Shown: positions 12,745 to 26,005 of the stretch, one piece after another | Numbering within the stretch: position 1 is the first letter of the stretch | How the letters are laid out: the number at the start of each line of letters is the position of its first letter | Source: Camelus ferus | Taxonomy: Eukaryota | Length of the DNA: 64,000 bases | Reading direction: 5' to 3' | Assembly (NCBI RefSeq): GCF_009834535.1 | Contig: NC_045707.1 | Span: 47,432,001 to 47,496,000, forward strand | The notes under the pieces: generated by a model | The model's input: only the letters and a program-made list of their open reading frames with translations | Database searches by the model: none | Told to the model about the DNA's origin: nothing | Translations under genes and position numbers: made by a program

Positions 12745-13215
12745 TTTATCATGGCTCCCATGATTTCTGCCTCCTGCTGTTCATATAATCCCTCCCCCTT
12801 GAGTGTAGGTAGGACCTGAGACTTGCTTCTAACCAATGGACTATGGCAAAGATGGAGGGTCACTCGTGACTGTGTTGGGTTATTAAGTCCATCTTCCCAG
12901 TAGACTCACACCAAGGTCTCTTACTCTCCCTCTTGCTGACTTTGAAGAAGCAAATTGCCATGAATCCTACAGTAGCAAGGAGATAAATTCAACAGCCTGA
13001 GGGAATTTGGAAGCAGATCTGTTTTCAGGCAAGCCTCTGATGAGAACTCAGCCTTGGCCAATATCTTGACTGCAGCCTCATGAGATCCTGAGCAGAGGAC
13101 CCAGCTCAGCTGTGTCCAGACTCCTGACTCATAGGAACAATGAAATAATAAATGTGTGTTGTTTTAAGTCACTAAGTTTGTGTTAATTTGATATACAGCA
13201 CAGAAAACTAACACA
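12745..13215 (+). mobile_element. MaLR solo LTR (MLT1E-like)
   Basis: ATAATCCCTCCCCCTTGAGTGTAGGTAGGACCTG...AATAAATGTGTGTTGTTTTAAGTCACTAAGTTTG...AACTAACACA. Confidence 0.85.
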
Positions 13216-15576
13216 GAGGTCATTGCTTGGGGGAAAAAAAAACCCTGCTATTGGATGAGTAGGCAGACATGTACATAGGGTTCAGAGGATGATGCAAGCC
13301 ATTCTTGGGCTTTTTCCATTGAAGGAAATCAATCCATAAGAATCCTTTTCAGTGGGCGACAGGGACCTTTGTCTCTATTCTGCCTCCTTTTGTTCTCAGC
13401 TGGCCCTCTCCTTCTCAGCAGTCCCTCTGGAGACCTACCTCTCAAACTCACAGTAGAGCTGGGCAGTGGAGGGAGGGTTCAAGTCTCTTCCATTCTGCCC
13501 ACTGGAGGGTCATAAAAGAAAATGGCTTACCTGGTGCGGCCTCAGGGTGGAGCAGCTACAAGAGGAACATCTTTCTCTCACAGATATTAATCACTTCTAA
13601 CCATGCATTTCTCTGCATTTTTATACCAGGAGATTCTCTTTCCCTCTTCCATGTTACCAAAGACCCCTTTCTATTATTTTAGTATAAACCAGAGTCCAAA
13701 AGAGTTGTGAGTTAATTCCCTCACCCCCAGGGGAAAGAAGAAAATTCCATCAGGCCTCCCCTCTTATCTGAAAGAAAAAAAAGGTTTATATTACTGAGAA
13801 CAGGCAAATTGTAGGTTAAAGGCTAAATTCTTTTAGCTATAATGTAATAATAAAGCTTCTTTTTTTTTTTTTTAAGATCAAACAAAGCCTGTGCTTAAAC
13901 CAGTTGCAGGTGCAAACACAATCAACATCCCTCTTGCTGTGGCATGTTTGTGCTGGCTGAAGTCTGAGGGATTCTAAGACTGAACCGTGCAGGGGTTTGG
14001 GTGGAGGGATGATCATGAGCAGAGAGGCCAGTTGACCTATTGACTGCCTACAAATTCCCTCCCTGCAAGCGAAACAATGGTGCCACCCACATTCCTCCCT
14101 CTGCTCAGTGAAGGGGCGAGGGGAAGAGTATGTATTTTGCCTGCTTTGTTGCAAGGAGGAAAGGGAGGGTTACTCTGTCCTAGATAAGGAGGCAAAGGTG
14201 GCATTCCTATATTTTTGTTGGATCTCTTTGCATGGACAACCTCACCTGTCAAAACATGATGAAAAATGCAATTGGAACAAAGAAGAAAGAGGCAGGAACC
14301 AGTGAGAAGATGGGTTGAACCAATCCAGGCCTTAAAACACCATCTGTAATTTTGTTTTATAGCTGCTGACCTTACCATTTTGGGCTAAATTGTGTTTGTG
14401 AGTGTGGGTGTGTGTTCATATATCTATCTTTTATGGCTAACTAAGGAATCATTATATCTAGGCCAATAGATACTCTAACATACTGTCCTGTGTTCTAAAT
14501 GAGTAACTTCTAGACAGTGAGGATCAGACATATTAACTTGCTTTCTGTAATATTTTTTGCCACCTGACTATGTATCTAATATTTCTCAGCTTTTTTTTTT
14601 AAGATGTAGTTTTGTAAACAAAATGCTTTCACAGAGTTACCTCATTTGGTGATGTGAACATTTGCTCATCCTCGTCTTCTCTAAGGATCCCTCAGAACTA
14701 CTTCTCTTAACTTCCAGGTTCAGTCCAACACCATTGGGTCCCTCAGAATTGCATGATGTCCAAGCCTGTCCATCCCTCGGGCTTTGCTCTCTGATTGGAT
14801 TCCAAGTTCTCCCCACTCCCAGCACTTCTGGGATTCTGCAGCTGCCCTCCTGCCCATCACTCTGTGATCAGCTAATGCAACAGTTTCTCCAAGTATTTCC
14901 TTACCCTGCTTGCCTTAACAGAGACCCAGAAGTCTCCTGAAGACATTTCTTCCCCTGCAGCCTCTTGGAGGGATAGCATAGTTTTCTGTGTCATTTATTT
15001 TCTTTTTTTCTTTCTCATGTCCACTTGTACCTTAAGTTTGAGAAGTAGAAAAAGCATCCCCCTGGCTCCTTATTGGTGACTGCAAAGCATTTCTCTCCCT
15101 CCTTCCTGAAACTGCTCTCTCTTGCCCCTTCCTCCCACCTTGGACCTGTCATTTCCTTGACTTATTCTTATTACTGTTCATTGAAAGGAATTTACTTGAG
15201 CCCCTGACCTATGCACTTCCTCTCCACCCACTCCCACTGTCTTCCTGTGACCTCAGCTCTCACAGGTGACTTTCTCTATACCCAGGTCGTTAACTCCCTC
15301 ATCCCCCTCCACTCAGCTCAGCTACCCACCCTCTTGGCATCCCCTGAACCTTTTATTCACATCACCAGGAACTGCTTCCTTTCTGTAATCTCCTACCACT
15401 ACCTCCTTTTTAGTAATCAGCTGACTTGCTTTGTAGCTACACTTATTTTACCTTAGGAGTAAAATCTACCATTTAGAAAGAATTATCCATAAGCTTCCCC
15501 TCATCTCCATTTTCTTCCTCATCCATCACAGAGTTCATATTCATCGACATCAGTCCCTTAAAAATAGTCTTGGCTC

Positions 15577-16630
15577 ATTGGCAATTCATGGTCAAAAGTA
15601 AACCTTCACCTAAACCTCATACCTTATACAAAAATTAACTCAAAATGGACCATGGATTTAAATGTAAAATGTAAGCCTGTGAAACCTTTAGAAGATGACA
15701 TAGAAGAGAGTCTTTGGGACATAGGACTTGATGAAGAGTTCTTCGATACGTTACCAAAAGCACAATCCATAAAAGAAGAAATAGAAAAACCAGACTTCAT
15801 CAGAATTTAAACGTTCTGCTCTGCAAAAGGCCATGTTGAGGATGAAAAGACAAATTAAAGCCTGGGAGAAATGCTTGCAAATCACATAATCTAACAAAGA
15901 ACTAATATTTAGAATATATATATAACTCTCAAGCTCAATATTAAAAAAATTCCAACTTGAAAATTCACAAAAAAAAAAATGATTTTTTACCTGAGAGGAT
16001 ATATGGATGGTAAATACGCATTTGAAAATATGTTCAACATTGTAAGCCAGTAAGGGAAATGTAAATTAAGACCATCACTTATCTAATACACATATTAAAA
16101 CAGCTAAAATAAAAAATAGTGACAACTGGGGTAGCATATAGCTCAGGGGGAGGGTGCATGTCTAGCATGTACAAGGTCCTGGGTTCAATCCCCAGTACCT
16201 TAAAAATAAATAAGTAAATAAACCTAATTACCTCCTCTGCAAAAAAAATTAAAATTAAATTAAAAAAATAGTGACAACATACTGATATAAATAGTTGAAT
16301 AAATAAATAAATGGAAGAGAATAAATGAATCTCCTATCCAGAAATCCAAATAATTTCTGTAGGTACTCCACCCTGTAGAAGGTGGTACACGTAAGTGTGG
16401 GCTGCACGTGGTGACTTCCTCCCAAACAGCACATTGTGGAAAGGAGGGGTTGTGGGAGAATCATCTTGCAACAGGGAAAATAACAAACACAACCTCAGCC
16501 AGATGATTAAGGTTGATGTTTACAGGGATAAAGTTATTTTGATAGTATGTACCCTTGATAGGATGTGTGGTCTTTACCTGTATGGTCTTCTTGCCCAAAT
16601 ACTATAACACCAGTCTAAGCATGAGAAAAT
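15577..16630 (+). mobile_element. Old L1 (L1MC/MD-like) ORF2 3' region, interrupted by a SINE
   Basis: CTTATACAAAAATTAACTCAAAATGGACCATGGATTTAAATGTAAAA and other ORF2 motifs. Confidence 0.85.
16128..16262 (+). mobile_element. tRNA-derived SINE (camelid Vic-1-like)
   Basis: A-box TAGCTCAG, B-box GGTTCAATCCC and an AT-rich tail. Perfect TSD AAAAAATAGTGACAAC at 16111-16126 and 16263-16278. Confidence 0.9.
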
Positions 16631-16829
16631 ATCAAGAAATCAAGGAAATGTTTAACAGAGCCTTGAGGCTAGCATTTCTATCCCTAAAACCAGTGCTTTT
16701 TCTCCATTGCTTAGCTTACAAATGGAAAGGTGCTTTATGGTGGATGTGAACTCAACCTACAACCACACTTACCCTCAGGCTGCTTTGGACCACGTGACAT
16801 TCAGAGATTCGAAGACTAAATAACCCACA

Positions 16830-17620
16830 GCAGTGGTACCCAACACTGGTCAGGGACAGAGTTTTTACTTGCCTTTAGAACCCCAAGTGTAGAAATGTCT
16901 AGCTTCCCTCTGTAAGGTAGGGAGGGCTGTAACAGTTTTGTCTGAAGAGTAGGAGCAGCGACTGGGGAGTGCTCTTGGCTTACTTCCTATGGCCCAGGCA
17001 CTCAACTAGTCTTCCTACCTGCCCATTGTGGGCAAGGTGAAAGAAAGGGCTTAGGAACGTGGGAGCTGTTGTTCCTTAGCATCTTGGTTTGCCTGGACTA
17101 TTTCAAACTAGTTGAAATAGTTTTAAGACTGATGATTTCATTTTTGCTCATATCAAAGTGAAATGGAATTTTTGACAGTGGTAGTGATAAAAATGATACA
17201 CCAAAACAAGTTGTACATTACAGCTCTTCCTCATGAGCAAAATCAAATACAAATGTATCAGATACACATAGTGCTACCATATTAAAAGAAAATTTATACC
17301 AAGGACACTTAACATACATTGTATTATAAAATAAATTTTAATGTTGTAAATATTTCTGTATTTATATAAAACTATAAATATATCCTTTAAAATAATCTCT
17401 GGTTAACAAACAGTGTTTCCTGGGAAGAGCTTTCTTTTGTTCTGAAATTACGAATTTCCTACATTTTTGGTGTTGAAATTTCCTTTCCTTTCTGAAATGA
17501 TGGAAATGGTAGCTTTTTGTTACTGTTGTTGTTGGCAAAATGAGCAGTTTGGCAACTCTGTGTTAGCTCTCAACTGCTCTGGGAAGTTTGTCCTGAGAAA
17601 GTTAAGTCTGGGAACCACTA
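16830..17620. mobile_element. Probable old hAT-Charlie-type element
   Basis: Termini CAGTGGTACCCAA (about 16831) and TGGGAACCACTA (about 17620) resemble Charlie inverted repeats; AT-rich degenerate interior. Confidence 0.35.
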
Positions 17621-18188
17621 ACCTAAAAATGCTCTCATTGTAAAATACAGGAGAATTAAAAAGACAAAAATAAAAATAATTCTATGTAAATTAAGAATTT
17701 AGAAAATGTGGTTTCGTAAGTTTCTGTTTCACATGATCCATTGTGTAAAATTTTATTCTTCTAACATTTCTCTACTAGGTTGTATTATAGACACGAAGTC
17801 TTAAAAGGACTTAAATGGTAGAACTGGAATATAGTATAGCTACATAGTATATCACAATTTTTTAGGATATACATTTTTCACTGATTAATATGTTATAAAG
17901 TTTTTACTGTGGTTTTCATTTGTTGTTGGTGTGTGTGTTTGCTTTAATACCTCTGTTCTTGCTGTCACCCGAGTCCTATGCAATAGTGAAGGTTGCAAAA
18001 TGTTCTCTATAACAGTTGGAGTGGTTTCTTATGTTTATATAAAAAAAAACCTCAGGTGATGAAAAATACGGAAATTTGCTTCTGAGGTTAGTCATTTTCC
18101 CCTTTACATTGTATAATATAAGCAATATGGCCATTTCACAAATGTTGAAAATATTTCCTTATGAATTTTGCATCCTACTTGGGACATT

Positions 18189-18340
18189 TTTTAAAGTATA
18201 GTTGATTTTACAATATTGTGTTAGGTTCAGGTGTACAACAAAGTGATTCAGTTACACATATATATGTATATGACTATATTCTTTTTCTCAATTCTTTTCC
18301 ATTATAGTTTATTACAAGATATTAAATATAATTTCCTGTG
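18189..18340 (-). mobile_element. Severely 5'-truncated L1 3' end
   Basis: AAGTATAGTTGATTTTACAATATTGTGTTAG, an antisense L1 3'UTR. Perfect 14-bp TSD CTACTTGGGACATT at 18175-18188 and 18341-18354. Confidence 0.9.
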
Positions 18341-20289
18341 CTACTTGGGACATTCTGAGTATGGGTGTACTTTTGCTCTGCTCAGCTGCTTAAAGACCTT
18401 GTAAGGATGTAAAAACAGGGCACTGATTGGATTTTCCCTTCATTTCAGTCCATGCCCCAGTTCAAATGAATCTCATTTTGCCTCATTAGAAAGCAGATTC
18501 CTTTACTCCATTCTATCCCATCTCCATTTCAATGAGCTATACAGGGGAAACACAATTTCCATGACACCTATGGTTTCAGAATGAGACCGTTTGCAGAGGC
18601 TGAGTGTTTCACCTACAGCAGGTAGTTTTACATTAACCTGTGTTAATAGCAAAATTGGAAAAGGTAGCTTGTGAGCAGTTCCCTGCTGAAGCTGGAGACT
18701 GAAATGTGCAGCACTGTGCCCTCTATTTTTTTTGAAAATTCATTCCCCTTTGGATTACTTGGGTGTTCCAAAATTTACCTGGACTATAGTTTTTACTGTT
18801 AGTATTTAGAAACAATTTAATAGTGACTACTTAGATATAATATGTTGCAGTTATCACAACTTAAGTATAATTGGATTTTTGTTAGAAATAAGTAGATAAA
18901 AAAATGTAAGGTCTTAATTTGGGTAGATCCTTATATTTAAGTAAACAGAGAGTAAATTCTTTATTGGTGTCAACCACTTTCAAATACTGAAATATCTGAG
19001 GGAACTTTCTTTGTAGAAAAAAAGTGATCTAGGACATATGGAAATATTGGTGAGGCTGAGCACAGTAAATGAAGGAGCCAAAGATCTCAATGATGATGAA
19101 TACGTGAAAATATAACGTCGAGAACATTTGGAGACGATCCAGTCGGGAGATGGAAAATAAATTCATAGAAAATCACTGTAAGACACAAAAATTCACAAAC
19201 ATTTTAATCTAACACCTATATATGTGTATTAAGTTCTTGCTAAAGAGTAGAAGAGGTTAATATTTTTATCAAGAAAGAACCCTTAGCAGATTCACAAGTA
19301 ATACTTTCATTTATTCTTCCATTGTGAAGGATACACATTTTTTGGCTTAAGGAAGATCTCCTGCCTTACACAGTTTCACTGTGGAAAAAATAATATTGAC
19401 CAAGCCTCTGATCCTGCCTGACATGAAATTGATACAAATGTAAAATCATGGAATTTTTCAGCTGGAAAGTACCTTTGGATGACATTTAAAGGCATTAAAT
19501 AACTTGTGACCTTCTCCACAGTTATCATTTACAAGAAGTAACAATAAATGTCCTAAAGATAGAAAGTTTAAATAATTATAACGGACAATAGCAATATGGG
19601 GTCCTAGTTAATAAACTTGTGAGTTCTCTTTTCTACTACTGGGTAAAGCCCTTAAGGAATTCTAAACTTTTTGAAGGGAGCAACACTTTGGAGACAACAG
19701 TCTGGCTGCAGTGTTATGCCTAGAGGAGGAAACCTAGAAAGGAGACTTGACAACACAAAATCCCAGAGCCACTTAGTGATAAAGCCAAGTTCAACAGGAG
19801 GAAAGACCATAGACTTCCTGTCAGTAGAGAATGAGGGCCCCTATACAGGGAAGCAGCCTTGTGCCATAGCACAGGATAATCTCTGAGGAGGGTGGAACAC
19901 ACTGAAGACCTCGAATAAACCAAGAGATGAGGAACCCAGCCCAGACCCAACCATCCTTTGAAAGGCTCTTTGTTTGTTGATCATCTCCTTGGTGAGAAAG
20001 ACTGTTAACTTATATCGGAAACTGCTGGAGTACAATTTATAACTTGCAGTATATAAAGGAACTTAAATAGCTGCTTGGAAACCTGGAGACTGTATACTAA
20101 AGTGTCCAGGACCTCCAGCCCTGGACGCCAGCTGTCTGAGTTTGTTTGTAGGGTGAGAGAGAGACAGGGCAGGGAATCACCATGCTAGTCTTTGTATGTC
20201 ATGCCGAAGATATTTGGTTTTAATCATAACAGCACTGAGACATCAAACCAAGGGTTTGAAATGGAGAAGGGTGTGTTTGAATTTGTACT

Positions 20290-20490
20290 TGAAAAACCTG
20301 TGTGACTCCTACCACTGTCCATCACTAGTTGTGTGAACCAGGGAGAGTTATTGATCCTGTCTGTGCCTTGGACTCTCCATCTGTGAACCGGCACTCACCT
20401 TTGACTGTCAATATGAGGAGTCAACGCGATCATGCTTTAAAGTGCCCAAAGCAATGCCTGGGACATGGCAGACACTCAGTGGATGAAAAT
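20290..20490 (+). mobile_element. MIR SINE
   Basis: ACTAGTTGTGTGAACCAGGGAGAGTTATTG...CTGTGCCT...TGCCTGGGACATGGCAGACACTCAGT. Confidence 0.65.
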
Positions 20491-22169
20491 GGCATTCAGC
20501 TGTGCATTCTCCACATTAGGACCAAGCGGTCATCATAAGTGGGAAAAAGAAAAAGACTCAAGGCGAACTGAAAGGTTGATGATAGAGAAAAAGAGGAAGT
20601 GAAGAGTGTTCTCTGGACCTGTTTTGAGTTAGTGATAAGTGGGAGACACAGAGGAGGAGACACTCTGGGCTTTGAAATTAGACTCCAGAGAACGCCCACC
20701 TTTCATACACAGCCCTTTGAAATACTGTGTCATCCTGTTCTTTTAGGTGCTGATAAATTTTCAGCAGCTCTACTTTGAGTTGGGCTGTTTTCTTGGAATG
20801 TCTAGTGCCCAGTTTATTCTCTGAACTACAAGAATGGTGATCATAGAAAACTCACATGGAGGAAAGACTCTCAGTTTGGCATATGAAGCTCGTTGAAAGC
20901 TGGGCCCAACCTAAATGGAATTCCTACAGCCCCTCAACCTGAAGGATGCTTGACATACTTCCTTCAGTGGTTCAACATCAAGTCCAGGCTCCCTAATGTG
21001 GCCACCTGGACCCTTCCAATTCAGCCTCCACCTGTGTCTTCAAAGTCATTCCACATGCTCTCACAGCAATAGTGAATGACCTGTAGGTTCTGTTCTTTCT
21101 CCCTACACTCCAAGTGCACCTTCTAACCTGTGCTTTTGCTCAGAAGGGTCCTGCCAATGCTGCTTGACCATTATGGCCCATGTGACCTACTTTCCTCCAC
21201 CAGGAAGCCTTCTCTGATGCTGCTGACTAGGAAAAGTAGCCCCTCTTCATATCCTGCCCTCACAAATCACATTTCTGTTTCCTCCAGTTGCCTCTACACT
21301 CCTTGTATCAATTGTATTCACTGCCTGACTTACAGAAAACTATCATTACAACAAGTGAGCCCTTTGCTCCATGCATTATGGCTCACTCTCTGTCCCTGTG
21401 CTTATCTCTGTTGCTAGGATAAGTTCCTTTCGTTTTCAGAATTACTGCAACTCTTGATCCATGTATTATGTGCCTCTTCGTATTGCTACTTATTTCACTA
21501 TCTCTAAATTAGGCCTTTCCATAATCCAACTATTTGAGAGAAAGACAGTAGCTTATACATCTCTTTATCCCAATAACTTTAATTTAATATCCAACCCATG
21601 GGGTGCTTGCTAAATAATGGTCAGTGATGAAGACGTTGATTTGTGTCTTCACTTTGGTATCTGTCCTCCAGGCACCTAATCCCACTCATCCTTCAAGTTT
21701 TCCTCTTCCATGGATTCCTGTGGTGTTTACTGCTTTTGTTTTTCTTTAGAATATGTAATCATTCACTGTTGTTTACTTTTATTCAGTTACTTTGTATCTT
21801 GTACATCTGTATCTCATGCAAGTGGGTGTTTTTTTTTTTAACCAAAATTGGGTCTATGCCTCATATTCTTTTTGTAATGCTTTCCTCCACTAATATGTAA
21901 ACTCTTCCTTGTTAGCTTCATTAAATTGAGATAAGCAGGAATGAAATGATTTTTTAAATGTAGATGATGTGTATATGATGTGTGGGTTTGGTTGATTTGG
22001 GAGTGATAATGTACAACTAAAAGGGCTTTCTGTAAAACTGTATCTAAGGGTTAGTTGCTTAACTAATTGTTGTATTCATTAATGAAAATGCTGAGAACAC
22101 TTTAGAAAAGTAGGACAAAGTAGGTCAAAGGTAAGAATCACAAAACCATTTATCTGACCAGAGAAAGCA

Positions 22170-22390
22170 GTGACACGTGTGAGTAGAGTGTGGGCTGTGG
22201 CATCGAACAGTCTGGGTTCCACTCCTTGCTCCCCATCATTCACTGTGGGACTCAGGCAAGTAATGCAGTTATTCCAAACCTTGGTTCCTTCCCTGTACCT
22301 ACCACACAGGATTATGGTAACAATTAAAAGAGCTAATGCATACAGAACACTTAATTCAAGGCCTGGGATAAATTGGCTATTGATAATTAA
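22170..22390 (+). mobile_element. MIR SINE
   Basis: CTGGGTTCCA...CTGTGGGACTCAGGCAAGT...ACCTACCACACAGGATTATGGTAACAATTAAA. Confidence 0.7.
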
Positions 22391-23652
22391 AATAAGGATG
22401 CAAGAGATTGAAGGGTAGAATTACTGATGGTCAGTAATTAAGGAGGCAGGAAGCTTTTCATGGGGGCTGAGAAAGGGTATGAATGAAACTGGAGGCTATG
22501 GGGAAAAAGATGAATGAAATAGTGAAGAGCTGCCCACTGAAGGAGCAGTGCCTAATGGGAGAAAAATTAAGGGAAGGAATTTCAAGATGTGGAAAAGTTC
22601 AAGGTGGGGCTTATTAGAAAGGAGTATAAAAAGAAAGGGAAGGAGCACTGAACAGGGGTGGGAGAAACTACCTAAACTCCCCAGTGCCACATTGCCGCTC
22701 ATTCAGAAAATACTGAGGGTGCTCTGCCCTTTGTCAGCAGCATGAAAACCAGCTGATCCACCGGGAGGTAATCCAACACCGCCAGTGAGTCACATTGCTA
22801 TGGAGATGGTGGTCAGGGAGGCACAGAGACAGAGGAGATCTCAAAGGTTATCTGATGAATCATCTGGCTCTGCTCTCTTACCTTCAAATCTATGTTCAGT
22901 GTCTATATAAATAAATGTCTAGTCCAACGATTTACTTATCAGTGCCCAACAAAATACCATGTGGACAACACCTCAAATTCCTCACATTCACAACAAAGCC
23001 CATTATCTCTCCCAAACTCTTTGGCACAACCTCCTTCTCTGTCTTGGTTAATGGTACCGATTCTCCTAAATTCTAGGTTAGAAAAGTTACCTCCATCTCT
23101 GTCTCTCCTTTTCTTGCATCTTTTGGCATCCAGTCAGTTGTCCCTGCAGTAACTCTTGTATTCATCTTCTTTTCCTCTCCCCCTGCAACTGCTTTAGTCT
23201 AGGACTTTGTTTGCCTAGAATTTCAGAACGGAAGAGATTTCATTTACCAGAGGTTCAGAGTGGTTAAGTGACTTGCCCAAAGTCATACAGGGAGCTAGTG
23301 GGCCAGTCAAACCAGTAAGACGAGCCTATGGGTTAATCAGTTTTTCTTCCAATTTCTGATGTTTGAGGTGCCTAAAGATATCTGCACAGCAAAATTGACT
23401 TGGTAGACCTCAGAGTCTCCAGGGGCAAGCTCATGACTTTAACTTGTACCTCTCAGCAAATGACTGCCAAATCTATCATCCAGCCTAATTTTTTCCCTAA
23501 ACCTAGTTTCACATTTCCTATAGCCTATTGAACATCTTCAATCAAATGCCCATTTATGCTTAAAAAATACTATGTCTAAATGGAAATGCCTCACTTTCCT
23601 TCTATCCACCCGGGAAGGCAGAGTGTAGTGATAAATTGAGAACTGGGATCTA

Positions 23653-23805
23653 TTAGCAATCCCACTCCTGGTCATATATCCAGAGGGAACTCTAATTTGA
23701 AATGATACATGTACCCCAACGATCATAGCAGCACTATTTACAATAGCCAAGACATGGAAACAACCTAAATGTCCATTGACAGATGACTGGATAAAGAAGT
23801 TATGG

Positions 23806-23856
<51 letters not shown>

Positions 23857-24365
23857 TGGAATGCTACTCAGCCATTAAACAGAATAAAATAATGCCATTT
23901 GTAGCAACATGGCTGGACCTGGAGATTGTCATTCTAAGTGAAGTAAGCCAGAGAGAAAAATACTGTATGATATCACTTATATGTGGAATCTAAAATAAAA
24001 TGAACTTATTTACAAAACAGAAACAAACTCACAGACATAGAAAACAAACTTATGGTTACCCAGGGGGGAAGGTGGTGGGAAGGGATAAATCAGGAGTTTG
24101 AGATTTCCAGATACTAATTACTATATATAAAATAGATAAATAACAAATTTCTACTGGATAGCACAGAGAACTTTATTCAATATCTTGTAGTAATCTATAA
24201 TGAAAAAAGAATATGAAAGGGAATACATTTATGTATATGTATGACAGAAACATTACAGTGTATACCAGGAATTGATATAACATTGTAAACCAACTATACT
24301 TCAATTAAAAAATAGGACTAAGTTTAAAAAAAAAAAAAAACTCCCTCTATGTAGGAAAAAAAAAA
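23653..24365 (+). mobile_element. 5'-truncated L1 (ORF2 C-terminus and 3'UTR) inserted into a MIR
   Basis: ORF2 C-terminal peptide ECYSAIKQNKIMPFVATWLDLEIVILSEVSQ. TSD AGAACTGGGATCTA (23639-23652) and AGAATTGGGATCTA (24366-24379). MIR halves lie on either side. Confidence 0.92.
23809..23854. repeat. (AC)23 microsatellite inside L1
   Basis: Direct reading. Confidence 0.95.
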
Positions 24366-25534
24366 AGAATTGGGATCTAGATTTTAATCTCATATCTATC
24401 ATTTACTAAGAGAATCCCTTGAAGCCTCAGTTCCTTTGGTTATAAAATGGAAATAGCAATAGTACTGACTTAACAGAGCTATGGGGAGAAGTGAGAGACG
24501 TAAAAATTATGTTAACCACTTTAACATAGTGTCCATCATGCAGTAATTTTTTCAATAACATTACTAAATCTCTCATTTGGAAAGCTCAACATTATCTTCA
24601 AGTCTTTCTTGCTCCCCAGATCCAATCATTGGCTGGGTCCAATGATGCTACTACCCCTGCAGTATCACTTACATTTAGCTACTTCTTTCTAGTCTTACTG
24701 CCAGAGAAGCAAGAACCTTGGCTGATAATTTATGGATCTGCAAATAATCATACCTTGACTGCCACAAAAATAACCTTCTTCTTCATCCAGTTTTCCCCTT
24801 CATTCCTCTAGTTTTCTCTAGAAGGACTTGGGTTGCTGAGGTGGAAGTCACATGGAATGTATGTCATTTGAATAGCTCACCATGTAGCATGGTCATGTCT
24901 CTGCACATGATTAAATGAGTCAGGTCAACTTGCTGCAAGTTTTCTCTCGTAGCACTCACATCCACATTTAATTTGTTGCCTTATAAAACACAATTTCCTG
25001 CTTTCAGCCCAAACTAAATAAAATGGAACATTGCCAGTGAAAAGCTAGTTAGCCCAACTTGCTTTGCTTTGCTCCAAACGCATATTCTATGTCAATTGTT
25101 TCATTACAGTTTGTCTGTTTACAGGGAAGCTGCCAGTGTCTAAGATACAAGGCATTCAGAAAATTGATCAGACAATGGATTCACAGTACCTAGAATCCCT
25201 GTGACTCAGTTTTCCACAAATGTGCTATTAGGGGAAATGTTCACAGATCAGCAACTGTGCACTTTTGCTGGCAGCACAGACATTGCTGATGTGCACAATT
25301 CCAAATTGCAAGCAGTTTCCCCAGTGGAAACAATGAGAACAGAATCACTGCATTAAACAGTTGGCAGGGAATTTTAGAGATAACTTAATCTACCCCTTTG
25401 TTTTGGACACAATCCTGCTTTCAACTATTTTGAACAGATAAAAATCCATGCTATTTTAATGGGTCTTCTTCAGTAACTGTCTTCAAATATCCTCGCCCTC
25501 CAAATTAGGGAGTAATTCCTTTGTCTGGAACGGA

Positions 25535-26005
25535 CAGTGTGGTTGCCTAGCCAAGAGCCTTTGCCTGCTTTCTCCTGTCTGATAAAAAGCCAATTTGAAG
25601 GGGTGCCCATCCTTTCCCTGTGTGTCTCAGTATTAAATTCTGATCAGTCTGAGCTTGTTTGTGATTGGTTTGGAAGGGGCAGGTGACCCAGTTCTGTGCA
25701 ATAAAATGTAATGAGAGGCCAGTGAGAGCAAGCCTTTGGGAGAGGTTTCCTTGCTCCTAAAAGAGCACTTAACAAGGAAAACAGTCCTTATTTTTGGCTG
25801 GGCATGATACTCAGAGCTGTGGGAGCTCCCTTGCATCCATGGAGGGAGCCAGGCAAGGGCAAGGCCAAATAGTGATAATGACAGAGCAGAGATATGGAAA
25901 GACTCTGGGCTGTTGATAATATCATTAAGCTGCTAAATCAACCAACCTGGCACCGACCTACTCTAAGATTTTTTGTTATATGAGATAGTAAATTTTTCTT
26001 ATTGT
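25535..26005 (+). mobile_element. Old MaLR LTR (MLT1-family)
   Basis: TGACCCAGTTCTGTGCAATAAAATGTAA...ATCATTAAGCTGCTAAATCAACCAACCTGG...TTGTTATATGAGATAGTAAAT. Confidence 0.7.

Noticed and set aside
16128..16200. tRNA genes (also at 39.4, 47.8, 50.4 and 62.9 kb)
   Set aside because: A and B boxes are present, but each copy has an A-rich tail, usually a TSD, and a degenerate acceptor stem. These are SINEs.
17097..17121. 25-bp near-perfect palindrome ACTATTTCAA-ACTAG-TTGAAATAGT
   Set aside because: Short, AT-rich and inside a probable DNA-transposon fossil, with no supporting context.
23538..23993. ORFs containing CV/HT dipeptide runs
   Set aside because: These are translations of the (AC)n microsatellite within an L1.
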